A DNA stretch of 64,000 nt from Chlorokybus atmophyticus. Lineage: Eukaryota; Plantae; Mesostigma and Chlorokybus algae. The first letter of the stretch is position 1. Each line of letters begins with the position of its first letter. This document shows positions 12,247-23,256 of this stretch, in pieces. The notes under the pieces were generated by a model. That model had not been told where the DNA came from. It saw nothing but the letters and a program-made list of their open reading frames with translations, and searched no databases. The translations under genes and the position numbers were made by a program. The stretch lies in NCBI GenBank assembly GCA_009103225.1, contig RHPI01001116.1:416067-480066 (forward strand), given 5' to 3'.

Positions 12247-13140
12247 GGCCGTGTGTCCGTGTTTGTGTGCACGCGCGCTTGTATATGCGTGCACTGCACG
12301 CATATTGCATATGGCGGGTGCCTGTGTGTTAAAGCATGCTTTGTGCAGATGTACAATAGCTCTTTATCATGGTATGGGCTTGTGCGTGCATATGTGCGTG
12401 TGTATGCCATGCACACGTGTGCAGTGCATGTGTATGTGGTCAATGCATGCACATGCAGCACAGTCCAAGTTGGAGAGTGCTGAATGTGGACCTGGCTTTT
12501 GAACCGCCATGCAGAAGAGTTATACAACACCAGCTCCAGAACTTTACCAAGCGGTTTATGACACGGGCAACCTTGCAGCTACCCCAGTATTGCCATGCAT
12601 ATATCATCCAGCTAATGATTACATGTTGGAAGCATGCACATCCAAGCACTCCATCAACTGCAGCAAAGGGCACGGGCACAAGCTCTCTGTGGCCGCTTGG
12701 CGCAAAGATCTGCTGCTCAACAATGATCATAAGATCAGCGACTCGCGTGCCAGTATGAACAGCACATTGCACGGGATCAGAAGGTGCTGGGTAAAGTCTT
12801 AGTGAATACACAACCAGCTCAGTGTTTGACCAGTTTTGGTTGTCAGCACAGCATGCAGCGTGTACTTCAAACTGGTCTCTGCTAGCTCGATTTGGTGGTA
12901 GACTGTGGGATGTGACTCACTACAAAGACGTCGTCACATGATCAAAGTTGGAATTTCGTGGCATCAACACTGCTGCCTAATGGACTCAGGCACCTCTGAA
13001 GCCAGGCGCCTAAAGTTACCGACTTCAGTGAGTTAGTCAGAGTGGCAAACGCTCATATGCCTGCTTCATCGCATGTGCAAGCAGCACGCAGACACAGCAA
13101 TTCAATTGTGGAAAGAAATAGCCCTTAGACACAGCAAGAA

Positions 13141-16056
13141 TTAGCCCTTAGCAAAGTTCAGTACGCACAACTTGGAGCCGTTGACTGCCAGGACCACCCT
13201 GGCCTCATCTGACGCAATGCAATGAACGGTTGCAGCATGCATCTGCACGATCGTAGCCGCCTCGCGCATGTGCTCGGTCGGTATCACCTCGTTCAAACAC
13301 GTGGTGCTGTCATCCAGGTTCAGCACCTGGATGCCAGCATTGTACGCGCCGAAAGTCTCGTGGCCCTGAGGCAACAACATCACACGTGAGGATGTGTCAC
13401 AGTTGACATCACCAACTCCTGATGCTTTGTGTAGGTGTGTCGACAATACCTACCTTTAATGAGGGAGCTGTGACGATGGCGTAGTTGTTGTGCATGTGGA
13501 TGCGGATCCACTGACACGCTGCGGGGTCTGACCCGTGCAGACGCGCAAAGGGTTTCAGGTTAAACACATTCATTGGCGCGCAGGTCAATTTGTTGTACAC
13601 GTGCAGCCTCTGATCTGTTGTGCGCACGACCAAGTACTTGCTGTTCAGGGCAACCTGCGTGTGTGTATAAGTTGTCTCCCATTCACTCTGACATGATTTT
13701 GTAAGTACGTGCGCATCCAGGTATAACCAACTTCACTCGCCTGCAACACGCGCTCTTGCTCGTAGGGTGCCCCCGGTTTGGGATCTGGAGGCGCCAACTC
13801 AAGGATCCTATGCATGCCGAGCAAGTCCCACACATGCATTGAGTTGTCCTGCCATACATATCCACAACCTTATTGAAAAACCCTAAACATGTCGTATGAA
13901 TTCGCCAGGAGATGCATTGCAGAACTGCTTACAACTAAGCACACAACATAGGAGCAAACAAGACAACAGTACACGCAACAAGTGGATAGTAGTACAACAA
14001 CAACAACAACAACTCATACCCCGCGGATGCACGCACACTCCACGGTGTCATCTCCGGCTCGCAGGTATGGCACTCGGCGGCTTTGACCTGAGTCGTGAGC
14101 AGTAATTTGGTTGGCAAGGGGTTCCAGCCTGACCACAACCCTATCATCCACTTGCTCGTTGACGAGCCGCCACACCGCCATACGGCAACCGCGATCCGGG
14201 GCAGAATGCGCGGTGGCTACGTAATTCTTTGACATCGCCATGACCTGTAGGAACAGCCCAAGAGTGAGGCAAATGTGTTTGTGCTGGTACTGCTGTGATG
14301 TACACAGAAGTGACGTGACGTTGCGCAAACAACGAAACTGAAAAAGAGGCTGACACAACTACACGCACATGCATGCAAAGAGCACACACACGGATACGCA
14401 AACGAGCACATGTGCGCTTATCCACCGGCACACGCATGCAAGTAGACACGCAGACCCGCGACACATTGAGAAAAATTATAAATACGCACGAACGTACGCA
14501 CGCGTGTGCGCCAACCCGCACACACGCAGAGACCAGCACTTGCTTGGTATCAGACACATGCAACAACCGCCACCATCCCTACCAGAGTCCGCCCCCAATG
14601 TGGCCGTATAGCAGTCTCGCAGACCTTCTCAGCAGTGTCTATGTTCCAGACAGTCAGCGCGCCTTCACTGTCGGCAACAGCCACCAGTTCCCCACAACCG
14701 TCCATGGCGTCCACCAGCTTGCCTTCAAACTAAAACACAGTGACACTTACGCCACATGCACGCCACACAGGTGATGTGCATGCTTTTGCGTGGGTGCCGT
14801 GCTTACATGCATGAGTTGGTGCAGACTGGACCCCGTGTTCACGTCTGTGACGTGCACGTGACCCATCGTTGGTGTGACGCTCCACTGGCTGTGAGCAGTC
14901 ACCAGCTGCGGAAGCAATAAATTGTGTACTTGGTGTTCCACACACTTGTGCAGTATATAATGCAGTAAACAGGTTACATAACATGCATGTAGAGAAGGGC
15001 CAGACGCGTGCTGATTGGTATGCTTACCTTATCTTCGTTGATGTGTATGCCACACACAGAGTTGCCACTGGCGCCAACAAACTCAACAGAGTGAAACTGC
15101 ATAAGACCTGTCATCAGCATGCGTGCGTGCGTACACGCATTGTCAACTTGCACATGATGCTTGGCAATAAAAAGTTGAACGCTTGCCAGCAAGCACCACA
15201 GCTACGCTCTGTAGAGCTAGTGACAGAGTAAGTGAATGGTGAATGCAATAGTACCTCTGTGCCATAACGTCCCGTGGCCCAATTCAGCTGAATGCGCCGC
15301 CTTCGAGTGTACGCTGCACGCCAATTGCCGGCATAGCCTTTGGGCAGACTGTGCAAGCCCAGCTCTTTGACACTGAGCGCGTGCCAAAGGCCATCGCTGT
15401 CACTCGCTTCCTTCCAATTCCTGTTGGGTAGTCCAGGTTTGAAGGCACAACACGCACGCCCATGCACAGGGGCGCAAAGTCATGCGTGCTCAATGGCAGG
15501 TAACGGAACAGCAGTTGAACATGCAAGCAGTTACACTAATGCAACGAGCACCAACAACAGTTGATAGCAGTCTTGTACTTTTGTTGTCGCTGCACAGACT
15601 GCAACCACACGTTGAAACAATCCATGGGGATGGGTCGTGCAAACAACCTCCAGTAATGGCTAAGAGCACACTAAAAAGTAGGACAGCTTGTTCAGCGCAA
15701 TCCAGCACTGCAAGAAACTTAGACCAGAAGCTGTTGAGTTACAGCAGTTTGGTGGAATTTGGCCGACTGTCACACAGTGTCTAGCATGCCCGGTGTCAAG
15801 CTGTGTAAAGAGAGTATGCTGAACAGCTGTTGTATGCTGCTCTGTGTGGTCTGTTGGGTTTGATCAGGTCTGATCAAACCCAACGCTCCATCACTCAGTG
15901 TCGGGACAATCAACACATACATACATAATCCCTCAACCTGCAAATTATTGAGCAAATGGCTGCGACGCGTCCGCCAGCCAGCTCAAACACCACCCTGAGA
16001 CAGTCTCGGTCCAGCAGCGACCAGTCCGGCTGCAACCAACCCGCCTCCTCCTCCAT
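13141..16056 (-). CDS. F-box protein with a C-terminal WD40-like beta-propeller region
   Basis: MEEEAGWLQPDWSLLDRDCLRVVFELAGGRVAAICSIICR|NWKEASDSDGLWHAL is an F-box plus its helix. It is followed by WRAAY..RRRIQLNWATGRY and beta-strand repeats (GELVAVADSEGALTVWNIDT; MAVWRL; LHVYNKLT; GIQVLNLDD). Stop at 13141-13143. A longer 5' end is possible. Confidence 0.75.
15853..15884. repeat. Perfect palindrome, 15-bp arms, 2-nt spacer (intronic)
   Basis: gttgggtttgatcag-gt-ctgatcaaacccaac. Confidence 0.95.
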
Positions 16057-16522
16057 GATGTATGCCTGTGCTCCACTGCTGAAACACACACGAGATAATC
16101 CGTGTGGCCACAGCCCTTGCCACCGTCTGCCACCGCCGCCCTGGTGTGGAAGAACAGCAGGGAGGAGCGGCAGATTCTCAAGCAGGACACGCCTTAGATC
16201 TGTGTGATCTCTGCGGGCACTGCGTGTGCTGCATGTTCATCAGACCAATGTGCTGTGCATACTGCGCCGCTGCATCCTTCTCCAACGCTCAGCTAGCGCC
16301 TCGACCACACGGGCGTCGTCCTGAACCGGCGGGCCTTGCCCTCGCTGCCGCCCACGCCGCCGCCGCCGCCAAAGAGGAGCAGAAGCCTGTGGCTGCTGCT
16401 GTGCTCAATGACCACTTTACAGCCTGTAAAGCTGCCACTGTGCCTTCAGTGTGATTCATGACAGGCGAAACCGTCATCCGGATTCTCAATCCCTACAACC
16501 TGCAACCTGATCACGGGTGTTA

Positions 16523-16646
16523 AACATCGCATGTCGTGCAACTTGTGAAGTTGCCCCACAACTTGTGTCGCAAGTTGTGGGACCCACATTTCACGGCAAC
16601 CTCGCATGCGATGTTGTAACTAAAGTCGACAGTCACAAGTTGTGAC
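16523..16646. repeat. Nested inverted-repeat cluster
   Basis: An outer 11-bp stem aacatcgcatg (16523) / catgcgatgtt (16605-16615) encloses gcaactt-gtg-aagttgc (16538-16554) and cccacaacttg-tgtcg-caagttgtggg (16555-16581). gtcacaa-g-ttgtgac follows at 16632-16646. Confidence 0.9.
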
Positions 16647-17004
16647 CCAAAAATTACAATAACATACACGTCTTTGTAATTGGAGGTAGTATAACATGTA
16701 ACGACACATGCAACACTGTATGATTTGTGAATATTGACAAGGGTCATCATCGCGATCATAATTGATCTTAACATATTTATGTCTGCAACATTGCAAACGC
16801 GATAGAACATTTGCGGTATTTGCTGACAAAAAGTCATAAAGATAGCATTTCCATTTGTGAGTGCAGCTGTCGTCACTTTTATACATGCCTGTCAAGTTGC
16901 CGTTAAAGGACATATTGTATGCACAGTGTTGCGCAAATTGCAATCGCAATTGTCATATGAGCGCCAATGACTCACGTTGTAATCGTGACTCACAATTTAC
17001 ACCC

Positions 17005-17072
17005 AATGCTCAATTGTTTGTCGGACATGCAATTGAGCGTTAGGTATGAGCAACGAGTCGTTGCTCATACCT
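17005..17072. repeat. Two back-to-back palindromes
   Basis: 17005-17041 imperfect aatgctcaattgtttgtc-g-gacatgcaattgagcgtt; 17042-17072 perfect aggtatgagcaacga-g-tcgttgctcatacct. Confidence 0.95.
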
Positions 17073-19654
17073 TCAACTTTGTATAACCTCTCCTCCTCCC
17101 CTTTGCTCCCCCTCCCCAGCACAGACACCTCTCGCACCCCAATTCGTTTGCTCTTATCAAGTTTATATTGTAATAAAGCACCAGAGGCTGTATGCCACTT
17201 CTCGTGCATGAGGTGCTGGCCACATGTTATTACCCATAACGGTCACCAGTTGCAGGGCCGGCCAGTTGCAACCTCGACAATTGCAATGCGTACGACGAAG
17301 TTTATGCCGCAAAGACACACTGTTTTTTTTTTACAACTAGCTATAGTACGGTGCAGTGTCAAGTGCCTTTTTAACATATGGTGCACGTTCAGGTTGACTG
17401 ATGTGTCTTGCAAAGCTTAGTAAAGATAACAGTAACGTGGCGGCTGAAGCAAGCACTCGAGCCGCTAAAGTAACAACGGTAGGTATGATGCATGCTTGTG
17501 GTTTTGTCTCATATTTTCTAGTGCTCTTTTTTAGCGTAGGTACTGACGAGTTCAACAATTTGTCAACAAAGGCAATCGCATGGTTATTAACATGGGCAAA
17601 TCTTTTATAGTTAATGGAGACCACAACGGCTTGCGAAATATCGACGCTTTATTTAGCAGACACAGAAGGTTGATTGACAACATTTTACGAATCAGATGAT
17701 CATGAAAAACCAACGCGCACAAACGCAGAATTTTGCAACTCGTTCAGACGAGCACTTGCTGCCCCTTGTCCATGAAAAAAATCCGAAAGTAGTGCACGAC
17801 AATGTTGTCGCCCTCTTGCAGAAGTTTTTCCAGCGGACATGCTTGCTGTTAACCCATTCACTAAGCAACTGGACGCCGTGCACTTAGTATGGCATTGTCT
17901 TGGATGGATGGCTTCGAGCTCCGCGAAGAGTTTATAAACTTCTTGAACTCTAGACACTCAAACTGAATCAGGGACTGAGATACTACCGTACCGTGCTATA
18001 GTATGCAGCATGCTATGTGCATGCGTGTGCGCATCACACGCTGTGCGTATGTGTGATGCGGTTGTCAACTTGCAAAATCTCACAGAGGCTGCTGAAATTG
18101 CAAGACAGATTTATGCACGCTAGTGCGCCGACACACATGCTCATGCCTGCACAAATGCACACAAGCTATGCTGTCATTGGTATGAACAATAATTGACATA
18201 TGCATGTGGATGTATTCCCGTCAGCATGCAAAGAGCGGAGACACCCATTGGGCACAAAAGAATCACGTGATAATAAGAGTTAAAACCATTATATGAGTCT
18301 TTTGCGCGCATATAATGTTGTTGTAAATTCAATCAACTTGATGAAACTCATGTTTTGATGGTCTTCATATTTAAGGATTATAGTGAACAATGCAACAATT
18401 GTACCATGAGTTCTTTGCGTTGACATTATTATGACAACTGTTGCAGAGTTGGCCAACTTATGTTTCCCTGGTCATCAGCTGCAACACGAGGGACAACCTC
18501 AAGCTACTGTTGCCATGTTTGTCTCTCAATGCTTGATGATGACTACTTAGTAATTGGTATAATGACGTACCCCATGTTACAGGACTTGTTGTTCTACACA
18601 TTCTGTATGTAGTGCATGAACAATTGCATGTGAGTGCAGCTGTTAAGAATCCTGTGCTCATTAAATCGCCATTAAAAAGTTCAATAACAATTGATGCCGG
18701 TTTAGCCAACTCATTGTTGACCAAGCAGAAGCTACCAAAGCGAGGGCACTTTTTACCAAGATTTGTCACGTGCTATGCTCAACACAAGTTATGTGTAACA
18801 AATGTGATGATAAAAGGGGAGCACTGCAGCGAATTGCCTTGTACTCGCACGTTTAAAGCTGACCAAGCCAGCAACTACCCTTTTTATGTTGTTTTGTCTT
18901 TACACAGCATAGTACATCAAATATGCAAGTCCAAAGTTCACACCTTGAATGGAGAGGCATTTATGTGTGTGTGTTGTGAAGTGTAGATGTATAGAGATGT
19001 ATAAAAGATAATTATTAAAACATTTACGACATTCATTGGCCACATTATGAATAATCGTTGGTAACATTATGTCACATGCATATACGGTATATGCATTCCG
19101 ATTTAACATTGTGTGCTTCGCGCAACTCTTATGTCTGTCGCTCTTTGAATCAACAGCGTACATTGTGTGCTATGTATAACGTTATACAGACACATATATG
19201 CCGTACAATTCATGGAATGTTATACTGTTTTCTTACCATTTATATAATTACAACTTATGTGTAGTGATGTGACATGTGACACGATGTCATTTGCAAGGGA
19301 TTTCAATGATTGATTATAGACACGGGTGCAATGTGTATCCACATAATCCTTGTTCAATGGTATTAATGATAATGTATACCAACCTAGAGACGAGTATATA
19401 TATTGGATTATACTTGCTACGTATATATATATTTGCGTCAAGTGATAAAAGGTCAAATCGCTGAATGTCAAAACCATGGTCTAATTTGTAGAGCATATTG
19501 TATTCTATAGATTTATGCCTTGTTTGATAATAGTTATTTTAGATTTATATTGAGTGCCCAGCTCTGCACCTTCAATATACGACGGAGCCTTTGAGGGGGC
19601 TTAACAGGTTCTTTACGAAGTGACCTTTTAGCAGGTAGAAGGTGCATTATTGAC

Positions 19655-19916
19655 TTGCTTGCTAGCTAGCTTGGCGGGAAGGGGCACCTAAAAGTGAACT
19701 CTGCTTTGTATGCCACGACGGTCGCGAGTCGAGGAGGTTGAACCCACGACCTCCCGTAGCTAGCTTGCGGCGGGAAGGGTCACCTAAAAGTGAACTCTGC
19801 TTTGTATGCCACGACGGTCGCGAGTCGAGGAGGTTGAACCCACGACCTCCCGTTTACTGTGACAAAGCGGTCAACCTCTCGTGGTCGAAGCATCTTACCG
19901 AATCGGCTACCCGTCC
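19655..19916 (-). mobile_element. tRNA(Thr)-derived SINE-like element with an internal tandem duplication of about 95 bp
   Basis: The minus strand reads GGACGGGTAGCCGATTCGG (A-box-like)...AGTAAACGGGAGGTCGTGGGTTCAACC (resembles the tRNA-Thr(AGT) anticodon arm plus B-box), then a non-tRNA body and an AGCT/AGCA simple-repeat tail. Units 19664-19757 and 19758-19853 are near-identical. The acceptor stem does not close, so this is not an intact tRNA. Confidence 0.65.
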
Positions 19917-20190
19917 ATGGGTCCATAGTTTACTTGATAGCATAGTCCATCACGTCACACCACATTGTTAGCGCACGCATTCCTCGAACAAATGAATAAC
20001 ATGAAGTGTTATCAATCTTGCCAATGTTAACGTTGCAAAGGTTCACTCATCGGTCAATGGGCCTGCTCATGCACCAATTGCCAATGGTGTAACACAGTGT
20101 CGCATCAACTCACATTGCGCATGACGTATCTACATGTAGTGCTATTGCAACCTATACTCGATAAGTGTTACCAATACATTATATGTGCAA

Positions 20191-22113
20191 CTATCCTCGT
20201 CTCCTCGTCACATGGTCGTATATCACCACTTGAATGTACTCACTAGTCGCCATCTGCCTCATTCAACAACAAGGTAAGCGGCCTGTCATGCAAGCTCAAG
20301 TCGAATGACAACTTGCAGCTCTTGCATATGCGACATTTATCAGCATAAACCCACCTCTATGCGAGTTGAGTTGTCGCCAGGTCTTGCTCGCGGATCAACC
20401 TGGTGGGGGGAGACAAACACACGTGAGAACACTTCACCTCATCATGCATTGCAAAAGATCATCACTTGACAATGCTTGTGTCTAGCAATGCGGAGGTGTT
20501 GTGAAACTGACATTGATAATCTTCCTGTCGCGCTTGTTCTTGAAGAGCAGCCCAGCCTCATTGTCGGCAATGACCTGTTGGTATGTTACGAGCCCTTCAG
20601 CCCCATATGAAAAGCACACTTCAAAGGCGTATGTTGCAATGGTTACCTGAAAGTTTTGGGTGGGGACAGATGTAGATGTCTGCGTGTCCCTGCGTAACAA
20701 CAATACTTTTCGTCAAAAGCTGCTTGTACAATAACAGTATGAAGTGCACACACACACACACACACACGCGCGCGCACGCGCGCGCGCATGCACGCACGCG
20801 CGCGCGCATGCACGCACGCACACACACACATGTGCGCACATACGTGCATGCACGCACGCACGTGTGCTCACATGCGCATGCATGCATGCATGCATGCACG
20901 CGCACGCAATAAAGTTACCAGTTGTAGAAGCTCAGGTCTGTGGCTTTGGGCAGCAGCCGTTTCTTGCGCTCAAACACGGGCTCCAGGTTCTCCGTCTTCA
21001 GGCGATGACCGTAGTCGATGTAACCAGACACCTGCACTCACAACACGTGTCCACATGAGTCTTTCCTCGCTGATACTGCTGTAGCTTCTTAGGCATACAC
21101 ACATGCCAGCAGCGTGTACACGCACCTCTTGCCCGCGGCTGTTGCGGTCTCTTATGAAGATGATAGTCTGGTTAAGGCGATGCACACATGTGTGAGAGTA
21201 TGTTGGTGGAGTCACTACGCCAGCGTTGATCCCAACCCAAGCACACGAAGTCTTTGCGACACACATACACACACTCTCGCATGCCCCCNNNNNNNNNNNN
21301 NNNNNNNNNNCCAGCCCCCACACCCACACGCACGCACGCAGGCAGGTTGCATCCCTCTCAACATACGCGCACCGAGAGTTTGCCAGACCTCACGCTCTCT
21401 TCTCTCTGCTGAAGTGCCTGCCAGGGGCACACACACGTGCATAAAGGTTGCTGATTAGGCACCATGTGTTGGGATTGGGGTGGTTGTACATAGGCGCCAT
21501 AGGTTGTACGCATACCAACCTGCAGTAGCGGGAAACCCTCGCAGTGCTTGCCCGCGCTGGCGAGCTGCTTGGGCTTGTTCTTCAGCTTCTGCTCGCATTT
21601 TCAATACGTAGCATGGCTTCAGTGTCGGCAGCTCTGTGCTTGCGCTCGTGCGTGCGTGCGTGGGTATGTGCATGTGGGTGGGTGGGTGGGTACGGGTGTG
21701 TGAATGTTTGTATACCTGCAGTCTGGCCTGCTCGGCTGCCTCCTTGCGTGCTTCAAACTCCTCGCGTTTCATTATCTCACCGTTGCCTCTGTACCTGCAC
21801 AGCGTTGGCAAAGCCAAATGGTCACACCAATATGTACACTTACGTAAAGTTCTGTCAAGTCTTGCTGGCAAACTGTCTGAGTGCCAAGTTGATCCTACTT
21901 TAGCATCTGTGTGCGTATGTTTTGTATAAAACAGTTGACTGTGCTTGCCCAAGTTCGACCAGCTGTCGAGCGAGTTCGATGTCCTCAAGATAAAACATGT
22001 CCACCGGGGTGATCTGCCTGTCCAGGTAGTCCTCATATCTGCAGCGAAAAGCAGCTTGATTAAAGAGAATTGTAACTCTAGTACCCAGTCACACAAATCT
22101 CTGCACTCGAACA

Positions 22114-22197
<84 letters not shown>

Positions 22198-22606
22198 NNN
22201 NNNNNNNNNNNNNNNNNNNNNNNNNNNNNNNNNNNNNNNNNNNNNNNNNNNNNNNNNNNNNNNNNNNNNNNNNNNNNNNNNNNNNNNNNNNNNNNNNNNN
22301 NNNNNNNNNNNNNNNNNNNNNNNNNNNNNNNNNNNNNNNNNNNNNNNNNNNNNNNNNNNNNNNNNNNNNNNNNNNNNNNNNNNNNNNNNNNNNNNNNNNN
22401 NNNNNNNNNNNNNNNNNNNNNNNNNNNNNNNNNNNNNNNNNNNNNNNNNNNNNNNNNNNNNNNNNNNNNNNNNNNNNNNNNNNNNNNNNNNNNNNNGAGA
22501 GAGAGAGAGAGAGGGGGGCACCCAGCCCCCAAAACAGCACTCACGTGGTAAACTGTATGATGAAGCTATCGATGCCGTGCTCGCCATTGCTCTCCCCGTC
22601 ATCCAT
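20191..22606 (-). CDS. CFAP299: Cilia- and flagella-associated protein 299 (DUF4464)
   Basis: Spliced MDDGES...QFTT|[30 protein letters not shown]|[17 protein letters not shown]...[15 protein letters not shown]|[14 protein letters not shown]|[14 protein letters not shown]...LSFYNW|...[21 protein letters not shown]|VDP...[16 protein letters not shown]. Confidence 0.92.
22114..22513. repeat. (GA)n microsatellite spanning an assembly gap (CFAP299 intron)
   Basis: Directly visible. Confidence 0.95.
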
Positions 22607-22930
22607 TTCCAACAGTGTGCCTCAACCAACCTCAACCACAAACAACTCAATCAACAACACAAGAATAGAACACTTCCAACGCCCTCACCCGCACAGCACC
22701 CTGACGGCTGCTACTCAGCACTCAAGCCTGCTTCTCAGCAGCAGCAAGCGCCAACATCAATCCACACACCAGCTGTCACCTAGCGTGTAGTTTCTGCTCC
22801 AACCTTTTAGGGTTGCTTTAGGTTAGGATGTCACGTGACGACAGAAGCTTCTGGTAAGGCGCTGCTTGTCGACGCGACGACAATCGTCCGTCGACGTCAT
22901 CCGGCGCCGTGTACTGTACATCTCAGGATG

Positions 22931-22939
22931 AAACCCTAA
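22931..22939 (+). promoter_or_regulatory. Telo-box in the divergent CFAP299/HP30 region
   Basis: aaaccctaa; a second partial ttagggtt at 22807. Confidence 0.55.
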
Positions 22940-23256
22940 GCAAGTGCGCGTCGCTGGTGGCGGCGGCGGCGGACGACGAGGCGGCGGACAAGGAGGCAGT
23001 AGCAGAGGAGGGGAAGAAGAGGCTTTTGGAGTGGCGTAGCGTGCTTGAGCGTCTGTGTGCAGGGGTTGAAGTCGAGGTGTACTGGAGCTTGGCTGCTGGT
23101 GAACGAGCAGGAGTTTGGTCAAGGGAGCAGGAGGCGTAGGCCGAGCAGGACGAGCAGGGGAGGGAGGAGGAGTGGTTGGTGAAGAAAGGGTAGGCGTAAA
23201 TAAGGAGCAGGGTCTGCGCAGGGCTTGGCGCTCGCTCCTGTGGTGAGCGGCAAGCC

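Noticed and set aside
11270-12530. Long ORF-track entries (300-410 aa), also at 21455-22790, 57180-57983 and the (CT)n/(GA)n/(CA)n ORFs
   Set aside because: Artefacts of N gaps and microsatellites.
12369-12811. Kinase-like fragments (APELY, DLLLNNDHKISD, LMITCW)
   Set aside because: They lie in different frames and the wrong order, with no HRD/DFG; cannot be supported.
19664-19853. Two-unit direct repeat as a possible CRISPR array
   Set aside because: Units are about 95 bp with no unique spacers, contain a tRNA B-box, and no cas genes are present in this eukaryotic context.
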